Under the pieces are notes generated by a model. It searched no databases and was not told the DNA's origin. It worked only from the letters and a program-made list of their open reading frames with translations. A DNA stretch of 55,656 nucleotides from Nitrospirota bacterium. Lineage in GTDB: Bacteria; Nitrospirota; JACRHJ01. Positions 18,268 to 30,649 of the stretch are shown here, one piece after another. The stretch is taken from NCBI GenBank assembly GCA_963845245.1, contig CAWJRJ010000037.1:1-55656 (forward strand), written 5' to 3'. Position numbers and translations under genes: made by a program. Every line of letters begins with the position of its first letter. Position 1 is the stretch's first letter.

Positions 18268-20935
18268 TTAACCGCTTTGACGTGCATTCCCGTGTATTTT
18301 TGCAAGATACTTCCTTATTTCATCCGCAAGAAATGGAAGGGCCGCGAACGGAAGTAAAACAAGCCAGACATCCCAGGGAAGCGGCGCGCTACCGAACAGT
18401 TTGTTCCCCAACGGGGAATATATTATAAGCGCCGCGATGGCAATCTCTACCGCAATTCCGATGAGCACCAGCTTGTTTGAGAATAAGCCCAGGGTAATGG
18501 CTGACTCGCGAGAGGAGCGGCAGGCAAAGACATTTCCCACCTGCATTATGACGATTCCGAGGAAAGTAGCGGTTGCCGCCTGACGAGCCAGAGGGTGCTC
18601 CATCGGAAGCGTAACTCCCCAATGCCAGCCGCCGCCATATAATACATAGAAGTAAGCGAACAGCACCCCGACAGAGCTTATCAGCCCTAGCAGGAGGTAG
18701 CCTCGGACGAGGAGATGCCGGTCGATAAGGTTCTTTTGCTTCTTGGGGGCGTATCGCATTACGCCCTTCTCCGGGGGGTCCACGCCGAGCGCAAGTGCGG
18801 GTATAGTCTCGGTGCCAAGGTCGATAGCGAGTATCTGCATGACGGTGAGAGGGAGGGGAATGTTTGTGAGTGAGAACAATATGTAGGGCACGGCCTCGGG
18901 GGTCAGGTGCGCGAAGATGTAGGTTATGAACTTACGGATGTTCTCGAAAACGGCCCTTCCTTCCTCGACCGCGCTTACGATGGAAGCGAAGTTGTCGTCT
19001 ATGAGGACCATGTCAGCCGCCTCGCGCGCGACATCCGTACCGGCCGCACCCATGGCGATCCCGATGTCGGCCATCTTAAGGGCGGGCGCGTCGTTCACCC
19101 CGTCGCCTGTTACCGCTACCCGTTCGCCCTCGTCCTTGAGTACCGAGACTATGCGCATCTTGTGCCTGGGGGTCATCCTCGAGAATACTGGCTCGTTGTC
19201 CGACAAAAGCGCCGCAAGCTCGCTGTCGGACATGCCGTTAAGCTCCGGGCCGTCGACGACTCTAGTCCCTTCGACCGCAAGGCCGACCTGCCGCCCGATA
19301 GCCAGCGCGGTCCCGCTTGCGTCACCGGTTATCATGACGACCCGGATGCCGGCGTTTTTGCATTTATCCACTGCACCGGCGACTTCGGGCCTCGGCGGAT
19401 CCTCCAGGCCCATCAGGCCGGCGAATACGAGCCCTGTTTCAAGGGCCTCATCGTCCATATGTCCTGATGCGTCGGCCTCGGACAGCTGGCGGTATGCGAA
19501 GCCCATCACGCGGTAGCCCTGCCCCATCATGCCAGAGTAGGCATCCCTGATTAATCTTATTCCTTCGTCGGTAAGTGTGAGGACGCCCTCCGGGAACACG
19601 GCACTGTCGCAAGAGTCGAGCACGGCCTCTGGCGCTCCCTTCATGAAAACAAGTGTTTTTTCTCCAATAACGTTGACGGTCGTCATACGCTTCCTGTCGG
19701 AGTCGAAAGGTATCTCGTGGAGCCTTCGGGATTCCAGCCCGGCGATAGTCTCCTGGGCAGCCTTGAGTATTGCCACCTCGGTAGGGTCCCCCCTGTACAT
19801 CCCCATCATCAAATGTAGCGTTGTTGCAGAGTGCGGCAGCCTCTATCATTGTTTTTGCTCCAAGCGACGGCTTGCCCTCCCCTTCGTATCCGTCGGGCGT
19901 CCAGACAGCCCTTGCCTCCATACTGCCCCTTGTAAGGGTCCCGGTCTTGTCTGTGCATATCACCGAAACCGAGCCGAGCGTCTCGACCGACGCGAGGTTT
20001 TTTATAAGCGCATTCTTTTTTGCCATCCTCTGGCTGCCCATCGCAAGCGATAGGGTTACCGTGGGCAGCAGCCCTTCCGGGACGTTGGCAATTATGATGC
20101 CTATGGCGAATAGGAAGTTGTGCCAGAAACCCCTGCCGATCGCCACTCCAAGCCCAAAAAAGAATACCCCGGTTATCACCGCTATCACGGCGACCACCCT
20201 TGTCGCTTTGGCGATCTCCTTCTGCAAAGGGCTGGGGCCGGACTCCACCGACCCGGTGAGGTGGGCGATCTTGCCGAACTCAGTGGACATGCCTGTGGCG
20301 TAGACTGCAGCAATGCCGGAGCCTCTGACTACGAGTGTGCCGGCGAAAACCATGTTCGGGCTGTCCAGGTACTCACCGTCAAAAGGCATGTTGCTGCGTG
20401 AAAGCGGCTCGGATTCGCCAGTCAGCGGCGCATGGTTGACCATCAGCCCACTGGACTCTGTCAGCCTTGCATCTGCCGGGACCCTGTCACCTTCGGCGAG
20501 AAGGATGATGTCTCCGGGTACGACCTCCTCGGAGTGTACCTCACGTATGCTTCCGTCACGCCTGACCTTGACATGGTAGGGCAGCAGGTTTTTGAGCGCT
20601 TCGACGGCCTTTTCCGCGCGGTACTCCTGCACGAACGTGAACACCGCGTTTATGAATATAACCACGACAATAGCTATAGCAAGGTGCAGCAGCCCTTCAC
20701 CCGGATGAAGCAGCTCGGATACGACGCAGAGCGTTGCAGCCACCCAGAGAAGGACAGCCAGGAAATGTGTGAACTGGGCAAGGAAACGCCGGTATATCGG
20801 TGTTTTTTTTACGCGCTTTATCTCGTTCGGACCGTACTGGGCAAGCCTGCCGGTAACCTCAGACTCAGAAAGCCCGTAGCCGTTCGTAAGTAGGGTTTGA
20901 AGTGCGGCCTGTGGTGTGAGTGTCTGGAGTTCCAT
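18268..20935 (-). CDS. Cation-transporting P-type ATPase (type II), frameshift near 19800
   Basis: TGES, ANVPEGL, DKTGTLT, KGAPE, TGD, GDGVNDAPAL. Confidence 0.92.
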
Positions 20936-20938
20936 CTG

Positions 20939-21780
20939 TCACGATGTGCGCCCGGGTTTGAATATAATCAGGTTACATGGAGGAGCTTTCATGACTTCTT
21001 CTACCGGGTTGCCCTTGATAATCGATGCAAGAAGGCTCCTCTGGCTTGCGCCCATCACGATGAGGTCGCTCCTTTTTTGCACTGCCTCCATCGTTATGCT
21101 GGTTGCGGTTGCCCCGGAAGCGGTTTTAATCTCGCACGCTATGCCGGATTCCTTCAGGTAACCAGCAAGCTCAAGCACGTCAGCAGGGATACGCTCTTCC
21201 CGTTGAGCGGGCTTCAGGTGCAGTTCGCCCAGGAAAAAACTCGTTATGGGCTTCGGCAAGTGTAAAAGCAGTACCTTTGAGCCGAACCCCGCCGCGAGCC
21301 TTGCGGTGAAATACGCGCGTTCAAAGACGAATGACCTTGCCGCCCCGGAGCGGGAGCAGTATGTTCCTGGGTGCTATCCTGCCCATCCTGGTAACGCGCA
21401 CGACAGCCGAGGCGCACGGCAGTTTCAGCATAAGCTCGCGGGAAACGGTCTTCACGAAGAACCGCTTGTGCACGTCTACGTGCCTCGACGCGGCAAATAC
21501 GATGTCGACATTCTGGCCGATTGCGTGTTCGATTATCTTATCGACAGGGTCGCCGTGCAGGACCAGGCTTTCGACATCGACGCCGCCCTGTTGGGCCTCG
21601 ATGAACAGCCTCTCGATCGCGGATTCGGCTTTCTTTATAGTGTCCTTGTCAACCGGGTCTTTGGAGACGAACGAGCAGGGTGAGCTTTGCATGGCAGGCC
21701 TTGGCAAGCGAAAGTGCGTACCTCGCGGCTATCTCTGAGTTCGTATACTCGTTAACGGCGGCGAGGATGTTTTTATACAT
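20939..21780 (-). CDS. Tandem universal stress protein (two USP domains), frameshifted
   Basis: MYKNILAAVNE start at 21780; LHGDPVDKIIE, DLIVMGAS and GNPVEEVMK fragments. Confidence 0.8.
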
Positions 21781-21842
21781 GCTTAAATTATATCACGGGA
21801 TGGGAATCCGTATGGTGGAACGGGGGAAGATGGTCCTAGGAG

Positions 21843-22449
21843 TCATTCCGGGAGGCACGGGCACGCCTGCGCCTGAAATAACTGTAAATAAGGTACAAGA
21901 CCCCGGCCGCCACTGCGGCTATAAGCACCACATGCCCGACGACCCGTATGTGATCCGCGGATGACGGGCAGCTCCTCGCCGCCCTTGTACCCGATGCCCA
22001 CCATGAGGGCCATCGTGAATATGGCCGAGACCGCGTCGGTCAGGATGAACTTCCAGTAGTCCATCCGAAGGATCCCGGAGACCAGGAAGAGCTGCGCCCG
22101 GAAGCCCGCGACATGCCTGCCTATGAGTATTGCCAGGACGCTGTGTTTTATGTAGCGCGCCTCGACCCGGCCCAGCTTTTCCGGCGGTAAGGACCCTGTG
22201 GAACCACTTGTGGGTGACGACCTTCCTCCCGAATTTCTTGCCGATGTGGTACAGGATGGTGTCGCCGCAGAGCAGCCCGGCGTATACGGTTAGTATTGCA
22301 GGCAAAACCTTGATGTCTCCGGCAGATATCAGGACCCCGCACAGGATGAGGGTGGCGTCCTCGGGGAACGGGAGGCCGACCCCGCCCGCGATGAGAAGGA
22401 TGAAAAGCCCCAGGTAATGCAGGTGCGTTATATCCGGCAGATACTCCAT
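21843..22449 (-). CDS. DedA family membrane protein, frameshifted
   Basis: GGVGLPFPEDATLILCG, GDTILYHIGKKFG; C-terminal fragment KFILTDAVSA. Confidence 0.82.
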
Positions 22450-22510
22450 AATTAAGTTATACTATAAAAATATTTTACCAGTGTGTTTTTTCTGTTATAA
22501 TTTGGAACTA

Positions 22511-23422
22511 ATGTCACTACTGCACTCATTTCCTGATTTCTGCCCGGTCTCGCTTGCGGACAAGGAACCGCTTGAAGAAGCCTTCAGGGCCGCACAGCCC
22601 GAGGTGTCCGAGCTCACCTACACCAACCTGTTCATGTTCCGCCATGTCCACGACTATGAGATTGCACAGCTTAACGGGAACATCATCATCAAGGCCAAGT
22701 CATACGCCGGCCAGCCGTATTTCATGCCGCCTGTGGGTGATAACAAGGTGCCCGAGACGGTGGACGCCCTGTTTGATTATATGGCTCAGGCGGGCAATGA
22801 GCCGGTAATCGAGATCGCATCCAAGGATTTCATATACAGATTCATCGCAGACAGCGACAAATACGCCTATGACATGGACCCGGACAACTCGGACTACGTC
22901 TACCATACCCACGACCTGGTGCATCTGACCGGCCGTAAATTCCACGACAAGAAAAACCTGTTGAACCGCTTCGTCAAGAACTATCCCCACGAGTACCGGC
23001 ACTTGACTATCGACCTCATCCCGCAGGCCAAGGTGCTCGTGGAGCGCTGGTGCCAGGAGAAATGCTCGCTTGAGATACCCAGCACGTTCGGAGAGACCGA
23101 GGCGACGATCCTTGCGCTCGACCATATGGACAGGCTGTCCATCAAGGGCGGGGCGGTGCTTATCAACGGGGTGGTGGAGGCTATCGCCTTCGGCGAGGAG
23201 TTGAACCGCGACACCGTGGTGGTGCATGTCGAGAAGGCCAACTCCGAATACGCGGGCCTCTACCAGTTCATATCGAGCCAGTTCCTCGCGAACGAGTTCC
23301 ACGGCCATACGTTTGTCAACCGCGAGCAGGACCTGGGCGAGCCGAACCTCCGCAAGTCCAAGCTTTCCTACAACCCCGTCCGCATGGTCGAAAAATACCG
23401 GATAACGCCACGGAAGGCCTGA
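22511..23422 (+). CDS. DUF2156 domain protein (stand-alone aminoacyl-transferase-like GNAT fold)
   Basis: SELTYTNLFM, DYVYHTHDLVHLTGRKFHDKKN, VHVEKAN, NREQDLG..LRKSKLSYNP. Confidence 0.85.
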   Translation: MSLLHSFPDFCPVSLADKEPLEEAFRAAQPEVSELTYTNLFMFRHVHDYEIAQLNGNIIIKAKSYAGQPYFMPPVGDNKVPETVDALFDYMAQAGNEPVIEIASKDFIYRFIADSDKYAYDMDPDNSDYVYHTHDLVHLTGRKFHDKKNLLNRFVKNYPHEYRHLTIDLIPQAKVLVERWCQEKCSLEIPSTFGETEATILALDHMDRLSIKGGAVLINGVVEAIAFGEELNRDTVVVHVEKANSEYAGLYQFISSQFLANEFHGHTFVNREQDLGEPNLRKSKLSYNPVRMVEKYRITPRKA

Positions 23423-24230
23423 TGTCTGATATTCGTGCAAAGAAATCACTTGGCCAGAACTTCCTGACGGACATGAACACCGTCGCCATGATAGTGGAGG
23501 CGGCGGACATACGCCCTGATGATAACGTGCTGGAGATCGGCCCCGGCCTCGGCGTGCTGACGAACGTGCTGGCAGAGAGGGCAGGGCATGTCACGGCTAT
23601 CGAGCTGGACGAGCGGCTGTTCCACAAGCTGAACCGCGAACTCAACTACCCGAACCTCGACGTCATACTGGGCGATGCGCTCCGGTTCCCGTATGAGAAG
23701 CTTGAAGGCAAGTTCAAGGTGGTCGCGAACCTGCCATATTACATCTCCACGCCGATTGTGAGCCGCCTCATCGATGCCAGGGATAACATCTTTTCGATGG
23801 TGCTTATGCTCCAGAAGGAGGTGGCGGAGAGGCTGACCGCCCCGCCGGGAGGCAAGGAATACGGCTACCTGACCGTGATGGTGCGCCTCTATGCAGACGC
23901 GAAGATGCTGTTCACCGTCTCGAAGGAGGCCTTCGACCCCGTCCCGAAGGTGGACTCCGCCGTCATACGGCTTGACGTGCGGGAAAGCCAGCCGCGCAGT
24001 GCCGCGACTATGGGCTTTTTGAGAAGGTGGTGAGCGCCGCGTTCTCCCAGAGGCGGAAGACCCTCAGGAACACCCTTAAGGGTTCGCGTCTTTTCACCCC
24101 GGAAGGCATTGTCACGCTTGAAAACTCCGGCATAGACCCAGGAAGGCGCGCCGAGACCCTCTCCGTGGCCGAATTCGCGCAACTGACAGATTTCCTCGCC
24201 GATTTTCTTGCCGGTTTCAGGTCCAATTAG
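23422..24230 (+). CDS. rsmA: 16S rRNA m6,2A dimethyltransferase, frameshift near 24000
   Basis: [44 protein letters not shown]. Confidence 0.93.
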
Positions 24231-24327
24231 GGCTGTTTTCGTTTGAATTCCTGTTTATCCCGTGATATTATAAGAGTTTACGTTTATTTATGTTTTGCAC
24301 AGTTTAACCTTCAAGATAAGAGGGCCA

Positions 24328-26009
24328 TTGGACAGTTCCGCGTTCGAAGAAAAACCCGCCCTTTCCGTGATCCCGCTGGGCGGGGTCGGGGAGATAGGCC
24401 TCAACTCCACTGTTTTCGAGTACGGCGACGACATGATACTCGTCGACTGCGGGATAATGTTCCCGGACGATGCGATGCTGGGTGTGGACATAGTGATACC
24501 CGACTTCACCTACCTCCTTGAGAACAGGGAGAAGCTGCGGGGCATACTCATCACGCACGGGCACGAGGACCATACCGGCGCATTGCCGTACCTCCTTAAA
24601 GAGCTTAACGTCCCGGTCTACGGCACCCGCCTCACATTGGGCCTTATCAAAGCAAAGCTCGAAGAGCACGAGCTGGACGAAAAAGTTCAGCTGATCCCGG
24701 TGCGGCCCCGCGACAAGGTAAAGCTCGGCGTATTCGATGTCGAGTTCATCAGGGTGACCCACAGCATCGTGGACGGCGTCGGGCTTGGGATAAAGACCCC
24801 GGTCGGAAGCGTCATACACACGGGCGACTTCAAGATAGACCCGACCCCTGTGGACGGCGAGCTGCTGGACTTCCACCTCTTCTCGCAGTACGGGCGCGAA
24901 GGGCGTACTGCTGCTGATGTCGGACTCGACAAACGCCACAAAGGGCGGCTTCACCTTCTCCGAGAAGGAGGTGCGCCGCGCCTTCGAGGATATTTTCGCC
25001 AAGGCCAAGGGACGCATAATAATCGCCACATTCTCGTCCAACATACACAGGGTGCAGCAGGCGATCGACGTGGCGCAGATGTTCGGCCGCAAGGTGATAT
25101 TGAACGGCCGCAGCATGGTGAACAACGCAAAGATAGCCGCGGAGCTTGGCTACCTGAACATCCCGGAAGATATGTGGCGAAGGCTTGAAGACCTGAAGAA
25201 CATGCCCGAGGAAGAGGTGGTGATAATAACCACCGGCAGCCAGGGCGAGCCGATGAGCGCCATGAACCGGATGGCTATGGACGAGCACAAGCAGATAAAG
25301 GTGCATCCAGGCGACACCGTGATCCTTTCGGCTAAGGTGATACCGGGGAACGAGAAGTCTATCGCGCGCATCATAAACCACCTCTTCATGCGCGGCGCGG
25401 ACGTGATATACGAGAAGACCTCCGAGATACATGTATCCGGCCATGCCAGCAAGGAAGAGCTGAAGCTGATGCTTAACATCGTGAAGCCGAAGTTCTTCAT
25501 ACCGGTGCACGGCGAGTACCGCCACCTCATATCCCATGCGAACCTGGCGAAGAAGGTGGGGATACCCGAGGAGAACATATTCATCCTGAAGGACGGGGAC
25601 GTAATGGAGCTGACTGAGGATACAGCGGCAAAGCGCGGCTTCGTCACGGCTGGCCGGGTGTTCATAGACGGCAAGGGCGTGGGAGATGTCGGGGACGTGG
25701 TGATCCGAGACAGGATGAAACTGGCAAGCGACGGGGTGGTGATAGTGATAATCGGGCTTAGAGAAGCTCACGGGAGCGCTCGTCACCGGGCCGGACATAA
25801 TATCGCGCGGTTTCGTGTTCGAGGACGCATCCCAGGAGCTGTACGGCGAGGTGAAGGACCTGGTAAGCGACCTGCTCCTGAATATGACCGCCGAGACGAA
25901 ATCGGAGTGGAGCCTTGTGCAGACGGCGGTGCGCTCTGCGCTTAAAAAGTTCATCAAGAAAAAGATGGACCGCCTCCCTATGATTCTGCCGATAATAATT
26001 GAGATTTAG
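24328..26009 (+). CDS. rnj: Ribonuclease J, two frameshifts
   Basis: PLGGVGEIG, THGHEDH, HTGDFK, TGSQGEP, HVSGH, PVHGEYRH, PMILPIIIEI. Confidence 0.93.
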
Positions 26010-26048
26010 TATACTTCTCTGATATACTTATGATTACTGGAGGGTTTC

Positions 26049-26825
26049 ATGGTTGAAGACATCCTTGAGATTGCAGGAATAAAGTTCAGGTCGCGCCTGT
26101 GGGTGGGCACCGGCAAATACGCCTCTTTTCAGGAGACCAAGGAGGCGGTAGAGGCCTCTGGCGCGGATGTCGTGACGGTCGCTGTCAGGCGGACGAACAT
26201 CACGGACCGCGAGTCCGAGAACCTGCTCGACTATATCGACCCGAAGATATACAAGATACTGCCCAATACCGCCGGCTGCTACACCGCGGCGGACGCCATG
26301 CGCTACGCGAGGCTTGCGAGAGCGGCCGGGGTTTCGGACATGGTAAAGCTTGAGGTTATCGGCGACCCCAGGACGCTGTTCCCGGACAACGAGGCCACCC
26401 TTGAGGCGACCAGGGTGCTGGTGAAAGAGGGCTTCATAGTGTTCCCATACGTCGGCGACGACCCGGTGATGTGCAAAAAGCTCGAGGACGCTGGCGCCGC
26501 CGCCGTTATGCCGCTCGCCGCGCCCATAGGCTCCGGCCTTGGCATACGGAACCCGTACAACATAAACATAATACTTGAGACCGTGAAGGTGCCTGTCATT
26601 GTGGATGCGGGCGTCGGAACGGCGTCGGACGCGGCCCTTGCAATGGAGCTGGGCGTGGATGCCGTCCTGATGAACACGGCGATAGCAGGCGCAACCTACC
26701 CGGTTGCCATGGCGAAGGCGATGAGGCTGGCAGTAGAAGCCGGCCGGCTTGCCTACAAGGCTGGAAGGATTCCGAGGAAACTCCACGCGGCTGCATCGAG
26801 CCCGTTGGAGGGTATGCTGATGTAG
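26049..26825 (+). CDS. thiG: Thiazole synthase
   Basis: [38 protein letters not shown]. Confidence 0.96.
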   Translation: MVEDILEIAGIKFRSRLWVGTGKYASFQETKEAVEASGADVVTVAVRRTNITDRESENLLDYIDPKIYKILPNTAGCYTAADAMRYARLARAAGVSDMVKLEVIGDPRTLFPDNEATLEATRVLVKEGFIVFPYVGDDPVMCKKLEDAGAAAVMPLAAPIGSGLGIRNPYNINIILETVKVPVIVDAGVGTASDAALAMELGVDAVLMNTAIAGATYPVAMAKAMRLAVEAGRLAYKAGRIPRKLHAAASSPLEGMLM

Positions 26826-26861
26826 CTTTATAGTAACATGCAGTCCGAAAGGAGAAGTTTT

Positions 26862-27440
26862 ATGGCATTTGTGGATGAGTTTAGACAATTCCTCCCGCGG
26901 CTCCTGGTTTATCTTGCCGTGCCTTTCTACCTGGGGCTGCAGTTTCGAATGGCTGCAAAAGCCGAGAAACAGACGTACAGAATAAACATATGCACCATGG
27001 ACCTGCTCGGGATATTTTTTTCCTATGTCATCCCGGCGTTCGTTATAATTGGTTCTCTGGGCATTTATAAATACGGTACACAATACCCGCATGTAATGAG
27101 CCTGGTGTTCAGGTACGGGCTGATGTTCCTGTTCATGGGCATGTGGTGGCAGTTGTTCGGCATCATGGCTGTGAAGGCATACCGGGACTGGACCAGCGAG
27201 GCGGTAGTCAACAAGGGCAAATACCTCCTGTTTTATGCGGTCGCGAGCGTTTTCGTGTCCCTCACCGCTTTTATCGGCGGTGAATGGTTTCTAAAATGGA
27301 TGTCGCTGGTTTTTCTCGCAGTTGCCGCGCCGATAGTATTTCTGCCCATAAAGTGGGTTTGCGTAGGGTTCCTGGTGGCGGCAGTGGTCGCGTTCCTGGT
27401 ACAGACGCTCGTCCTTATATACGTTTCGTCAATGGCATAA
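26862..27440 (+). CDS. Hypothetical integral membrane protein (about 6 TM)
   Basis: Multiple hydrophobic helices; AAGGAG RBS before MAFVDE. Confidence 0.75.
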   Translation: MAFVDEFRQFLPRLLVYLAVPFYLGLQFRMAAKAEKQTYRINICTMDLLGIFFSYVIPAFVIIGSLGIYKYGTQYPHVMSLVFRYGLMFLFMGMWWQLFGIMAVKAYRDWTSEAVVNKGKYLLFYAVASVFVSLTAFIGGEWFLKWMSLVFLAVAAPIVFLPIKWVCVGFLVAAVVAFLVQTLVLIYVSSMA

Positions 27441-27473
27441 GGATAGCCGGTTACAGGTCGGGAAGGGAGAAGG

Positions 27474-28115
27474 ATGGATTTTTGCCTCTGCCTGATAACC
27501 GACCGCAACAAGACGGCCGGTGGCAGGTCTCTGGAAGATGTACTTCGTAGTGCGCTTGACGCGGGCGTAAAAGGTATACTGCTCAGGGAGAAGGACCTTC
27601 CCGACAGGGAGTTGCTCGCACTTGCCGAGCGGGTGCGGGACCTGACTAACAGGTACAAGGCGCGCCTGCTCATCAGCGAACGCGTGGACTTGGCCCTTGC
27701 TGCCGATGCGGACGGTGTGCATATATCCGGGCGAAGCCTGCCCGTAGCGGCCGCGCGTAAGCTACTGGGGGTCGAAAAATACGTCTCCGCCTCGGCGCAT
27801 AGCCTGGCTGAGGCCCTGCAGGCGGAAGAAGAAGGCGCGGATTTTGTGACGTTTGGGCCGGTGTATTACACGGCCTCCAAGGCTGCGTACGGCCCGCCGG
27901 TCGGCCTTTCCTCGCTTGAGGAGGCCTGCCGGACCCTCAAGATCCCGGTTTTTGCGCTTGGCGGTATAAAAGAAGGAAACGCGGTTGACACCCTGATGGC
28001 GGGCGCCTTCGGGGTTGCGGTTATAACTGAGATAATAGGGGCACAAGCCCCAGCCCAGGCCGCCTCGTCCATAATGGCTAAAATACGTTCATTCAAAATG
28101 GGAAAGCTGATCTGA
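27474..28115 (+). CDS. thiE: Thiamine-phosphate synthase
   Basis: LLREKD, ADGVH, SAHS, GPVYYTASK, ALGGI. Confidence 0.9.
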   Translation: MDFCLCLITDRNKTAGGRSLEDVLRSALDAGVKGILLREKDLPDRELLALAERVRDLTNRYKARLLISERVDLALAADADGVHISGRSLPVAAARKLLGVEKYVSASAHSLAEALQAEEEGADFVTFGPVYYTASKAAYGPPVGLSSLEEACRTLKIPVFALGGIKEGNAVDTLMAGAFGVAVITEIIGAQAPAQAASSIMAKIRSFKMGKLI

Positions 28116-29398
28116 TGACACAGATAATCAATGCAAAAAAGGGAATAATAACCGAAGAGATGCGCACTGCCGCACTGGTCGAGGGGCTGTCTCCCGAGAC
28201 CGTGATGGCGGGCGTTGCAGAGGGCACCATAACGCTTTGCAGGAACAAGCTCCACACCGCGATCCAGCCGCTCGCCATCGGGAAGGGGACACGCACCAAG
28301 ATAAACGCCAACATCGGCACGTCCAAGGACAACGTGGACATAGACGTCGAGCTGGCGAAACTGCGTGCCGCCACCGCCCTCGGGGCGGACGCGGTCATGG
28401 ACCTCTCCACCGGCGGCCCGATCAACGAGATAAGAAGAAGGCTGATGGAGGAGAGCACCATCGCCGTCGGCACCGTGCCGATCTATCAGGCGGCGGTCGA
28501 GGCCGCGGAGCGCAAGGGCTCGATAGTCGAGATGACCGGCGACGACCTGTTCCGCGTCATCGAGGAGCAGGCCATGCAGGGCGTCGACTTCGTCACCGTG
28601 CACTGCGGCGTCACGCTTGAGACCGTGGCGAGGCTCAAGGAACAGGGGCGCCTGCTCGACGTCGTGTCGAGGGGCGGCGCGTTCTTGGTGGAGTGGATGG
28701 TCTACCACGGCAAGCAGAACCCGCTCTTTGCGGACTTCGGCAGGCTCCTCGAGATATCCAAGAAATACGACCTTGTCCTCTCGCTCGGCGACGGGCTTCG
28801 GCCCGGCTGCATCATGGACGCGACCGACAGGGCGCAGATAAGCGAACTCATCACCCTGGGCGAGCTTACTGAGAAGTCATGGGCGGAGGGCGTGCAGGTC
28901 ATTATAGAAGGCCCGGGCCACGTGCCGCTGCACCAGGTGGAGACGAACATAAAGATCCAGAAGGCGCTCTGCAAGAACGCGCCGTTCTATGTGCTTGGGC
29001 CGCTCGTCACGGACATCGCGCCGGGCTACGACCACATCACCTCGGCTATCGGCGGGGCGATCGCGGGCATGGCGGGTGCGGACTTCCTCTGCTACGTCAC
29101 CCCGAGCGAGCACCTGAGGCTGCCGGATGTTGAGGACGTGAAGGAAGGCGTTGTCGCCTCCCGCATCGCGGCCCATGCCGCGGACGTGGCGAAGGGCGTG
29201 CCGGGCGCAATCGATATGGACATACGCATGGCGAAGGCCAGGAAGGCGCTCGACTGGGAGGCGCAGATAAACCTGTCGATAAACCCGGAACGGGCCAGGG
29301 CGCTGCATACGCCAGGCAAGGGCGACGGCTCCGACACCTGCACGATGTGCGGCGAGTTCTGCTCGATAAAGCATGTGCAGGAATACTTTAAGAAGTAG
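28115..29398 (+). CDS. thiC: Phosphomethylpyrimidine synthase
   Basis: KINANIGTS, MDLSTGG, SRGG, EGPGHVP, YVTPSEHL, CTMCGEFC. Confidence 0.96.
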   Translation: MTQIINAKKGIITEEMRTAALVEGLSPETVMAGVAEGTITLCRNKLHTAIQPLAIGKGTRTKINANIGTSKDNVDIDVELAKLRAATALGADAVMDLSTGGPINEIRRRLMEESTIAVGTVPIYQAAVEAAERKGSIVEMTGDDLFRVIEEQAMQGVDFVTVHCGVTLETVARLKEQGRLLDVVSRGGAFLVEWMVYHGKQNPLFADFGRLLEISKKYDLVLSLGDGLRPGCIMDATDRAQISELITLGELTEKSWAEGVQVIIEGPGHVPLHQVETNIKIQKALCKNAPFYVLGPLVTDIAPGYDHITSAIGGAIAGMAGADFLCYVTPSEHLRLPDVEDVKEGVVASRIAAHAADVAKGVPGAIDMDIRMAKARKALDWEAQINLSINPERARALHTPGKGDGSDTCTMCGEFCSIKHVQEYFKK

Positions 29399-29400
29399 AT

Positions 29401-29489
29401 CCCGCCTTTCTTAAAAAGAAAGTCGGCCCAAAGAATTTAAATAATGGCTTTCTTTTGGTTCTTTTCTTTCTCCTGAAAGAAAAGAACGG
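29401..29489. repeat. ~88-bp double-hairpin intergenic repeat, copy 1
   Basis: Reverse complement closely matches 38325-38411; CTTTCTT/AAGAAAG hairpins. Confidence 0.75.
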
Positions 29490-29496
29490 AGTTTAT

Positions 29497-30138
29497 ATGA
29501 AATTTATATTCTTCTTGCTACTTTTAGTTATCCCGGCAACGGCCTTCGCCATGACTCCGCAGGAGCTTGCCGCGAGACTTCAGGAGTCATACGACAAGAC
29601 CCGCGACATGAAGGCCGATTTCGTGCAGGTGTCGGAAGTCAAGGCGATGAACATGAAAAAAGAGGGCGGCGGGACTCTTTTAATAAAGAAGCCCGGGATG
29701 TTGCGCTATACTTATGTAAAGCCCGAAAAACAGGACCTCATCGTGCGCGGCGAGGAACTTATCATGTACATGCCGGCGAACAACCAGGTGATAAAGAAGT
29801 CGATGGCGCGTGCCGTGATGGACAAGACTCCGTCCACATTCCTCGCAGGTCTCGGGAAGATCACCGATTCGTTCGACGTGCGTTTCCCCAAGGGCGGCGA
29901 AAAGGGCAGGAAAGGCAACCTCCTCCTTGAGCTTGTCCCCAAGGGCGACAAGATGGGCGTGGACAACATCCTCCTTGAGCTCGACCCGAAGGACTACACC
30001 ATACTCGGGTTCTCGTTCACCGAGACTTCAGGGAACACGAACAGCATAAGGCTTTCGAACATCAAGATAAACACGGGCTTGAAAGAAAGCGCGTTTGCCT
30101 TCAAGATACCGAAGGGCGCAAATCTGGTAGCGGAATAA
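29497..30138 (+). CDS. lolA: Outer-membrane lipoprotein carrier protein
   Basis: Signal peptide; [24 protein letters not shown]-terminus. Confidence 0.85.
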   Translation: MKFIFFLLLLVIPATAFAMTPQELAARLQESYDKTRDMKADFVQVSEVKAMNMKKEGGGTLLIKKPGMLRYTYVKPEKQDLIVRGEELIMYMPANNQVIKKSMARAVMDKTPSTFLAGLGKITDSFDVRFPKGGEKGRKGNLLLELVPKGDKMGVDNILLELDPKDYTILGFSFTETSGNTNSIRLSNIKINTGLKESAFAFKIPKGANLVAE

Positions 30139-30148
30139 GGAGGATTTA

Positions 30149-30646
30149 ATGGCGGCTGAAAGTTCTTTCGATATCGTATGCAAGATAGACATGCAGGAGA
30201 TGGACAACGCGATAAACCAGGCCACGAAAGAGGTGGAGCAGCGCTTCGACTTCAAGGGCTCGAAAAGCGAGATCGTGCTGGACAAGACTAAGGGCGAGCT
30301 TACCCTCACGACCGAGGACGACTTCAAGCTGAAGAACTTGAACGACATACTCCAGTCCAAGATCATAAAGCGTGGCATCTCGCTTAGGACGCTCAACTAC
30401 GGCAAGGTGGAGCAGGCCGCCGGCAGCACGGTGCGCCAGGTGATCACCCTCCAGCAGGGCATCCCTCAGGAGAAGGCCAAGGAGATCGTCAAGATAATCA
30501 AGAACATGAAGCTGAAGGTGAACGCCTCCATCCAGCAGGACCAGGTGCGGGTGGCGGGAAAGAACAGGGACGACCTCCAGGAAATAATAACAAAGCTAAA
30601 GTCCGAGGACCTGGGTATCGATATGCAGTTTATAAACTATCGATGA
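30149..30646 (+). CDS. yajQ: YajQ family nucleotide/c-di-GMP-binding protein
   Basis: [32 protein letters not shown]. Confidence 0.95.
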   Translation: MAAESSFDIVCKIDMQEMDNAINQATKEVEQRFDFKGSKSEIVLDKTKGELTLTTEDDFKLKNLNDILQSKIIKRGISLRTLNYGKVEQAAGSTVRQVITLQQGIPQEKAKEIVKIIKNMKLKVNASIQQDQVRVAGKNRDDLQEIITKLKSEDLGIDMQFINYR

Positions 30647-30649
30647 GAT

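Noticed and set aside
26010..26048. TPP riboswitch before the thi genes
   Set aside because: Spacer too short and no CTGAGA core motif
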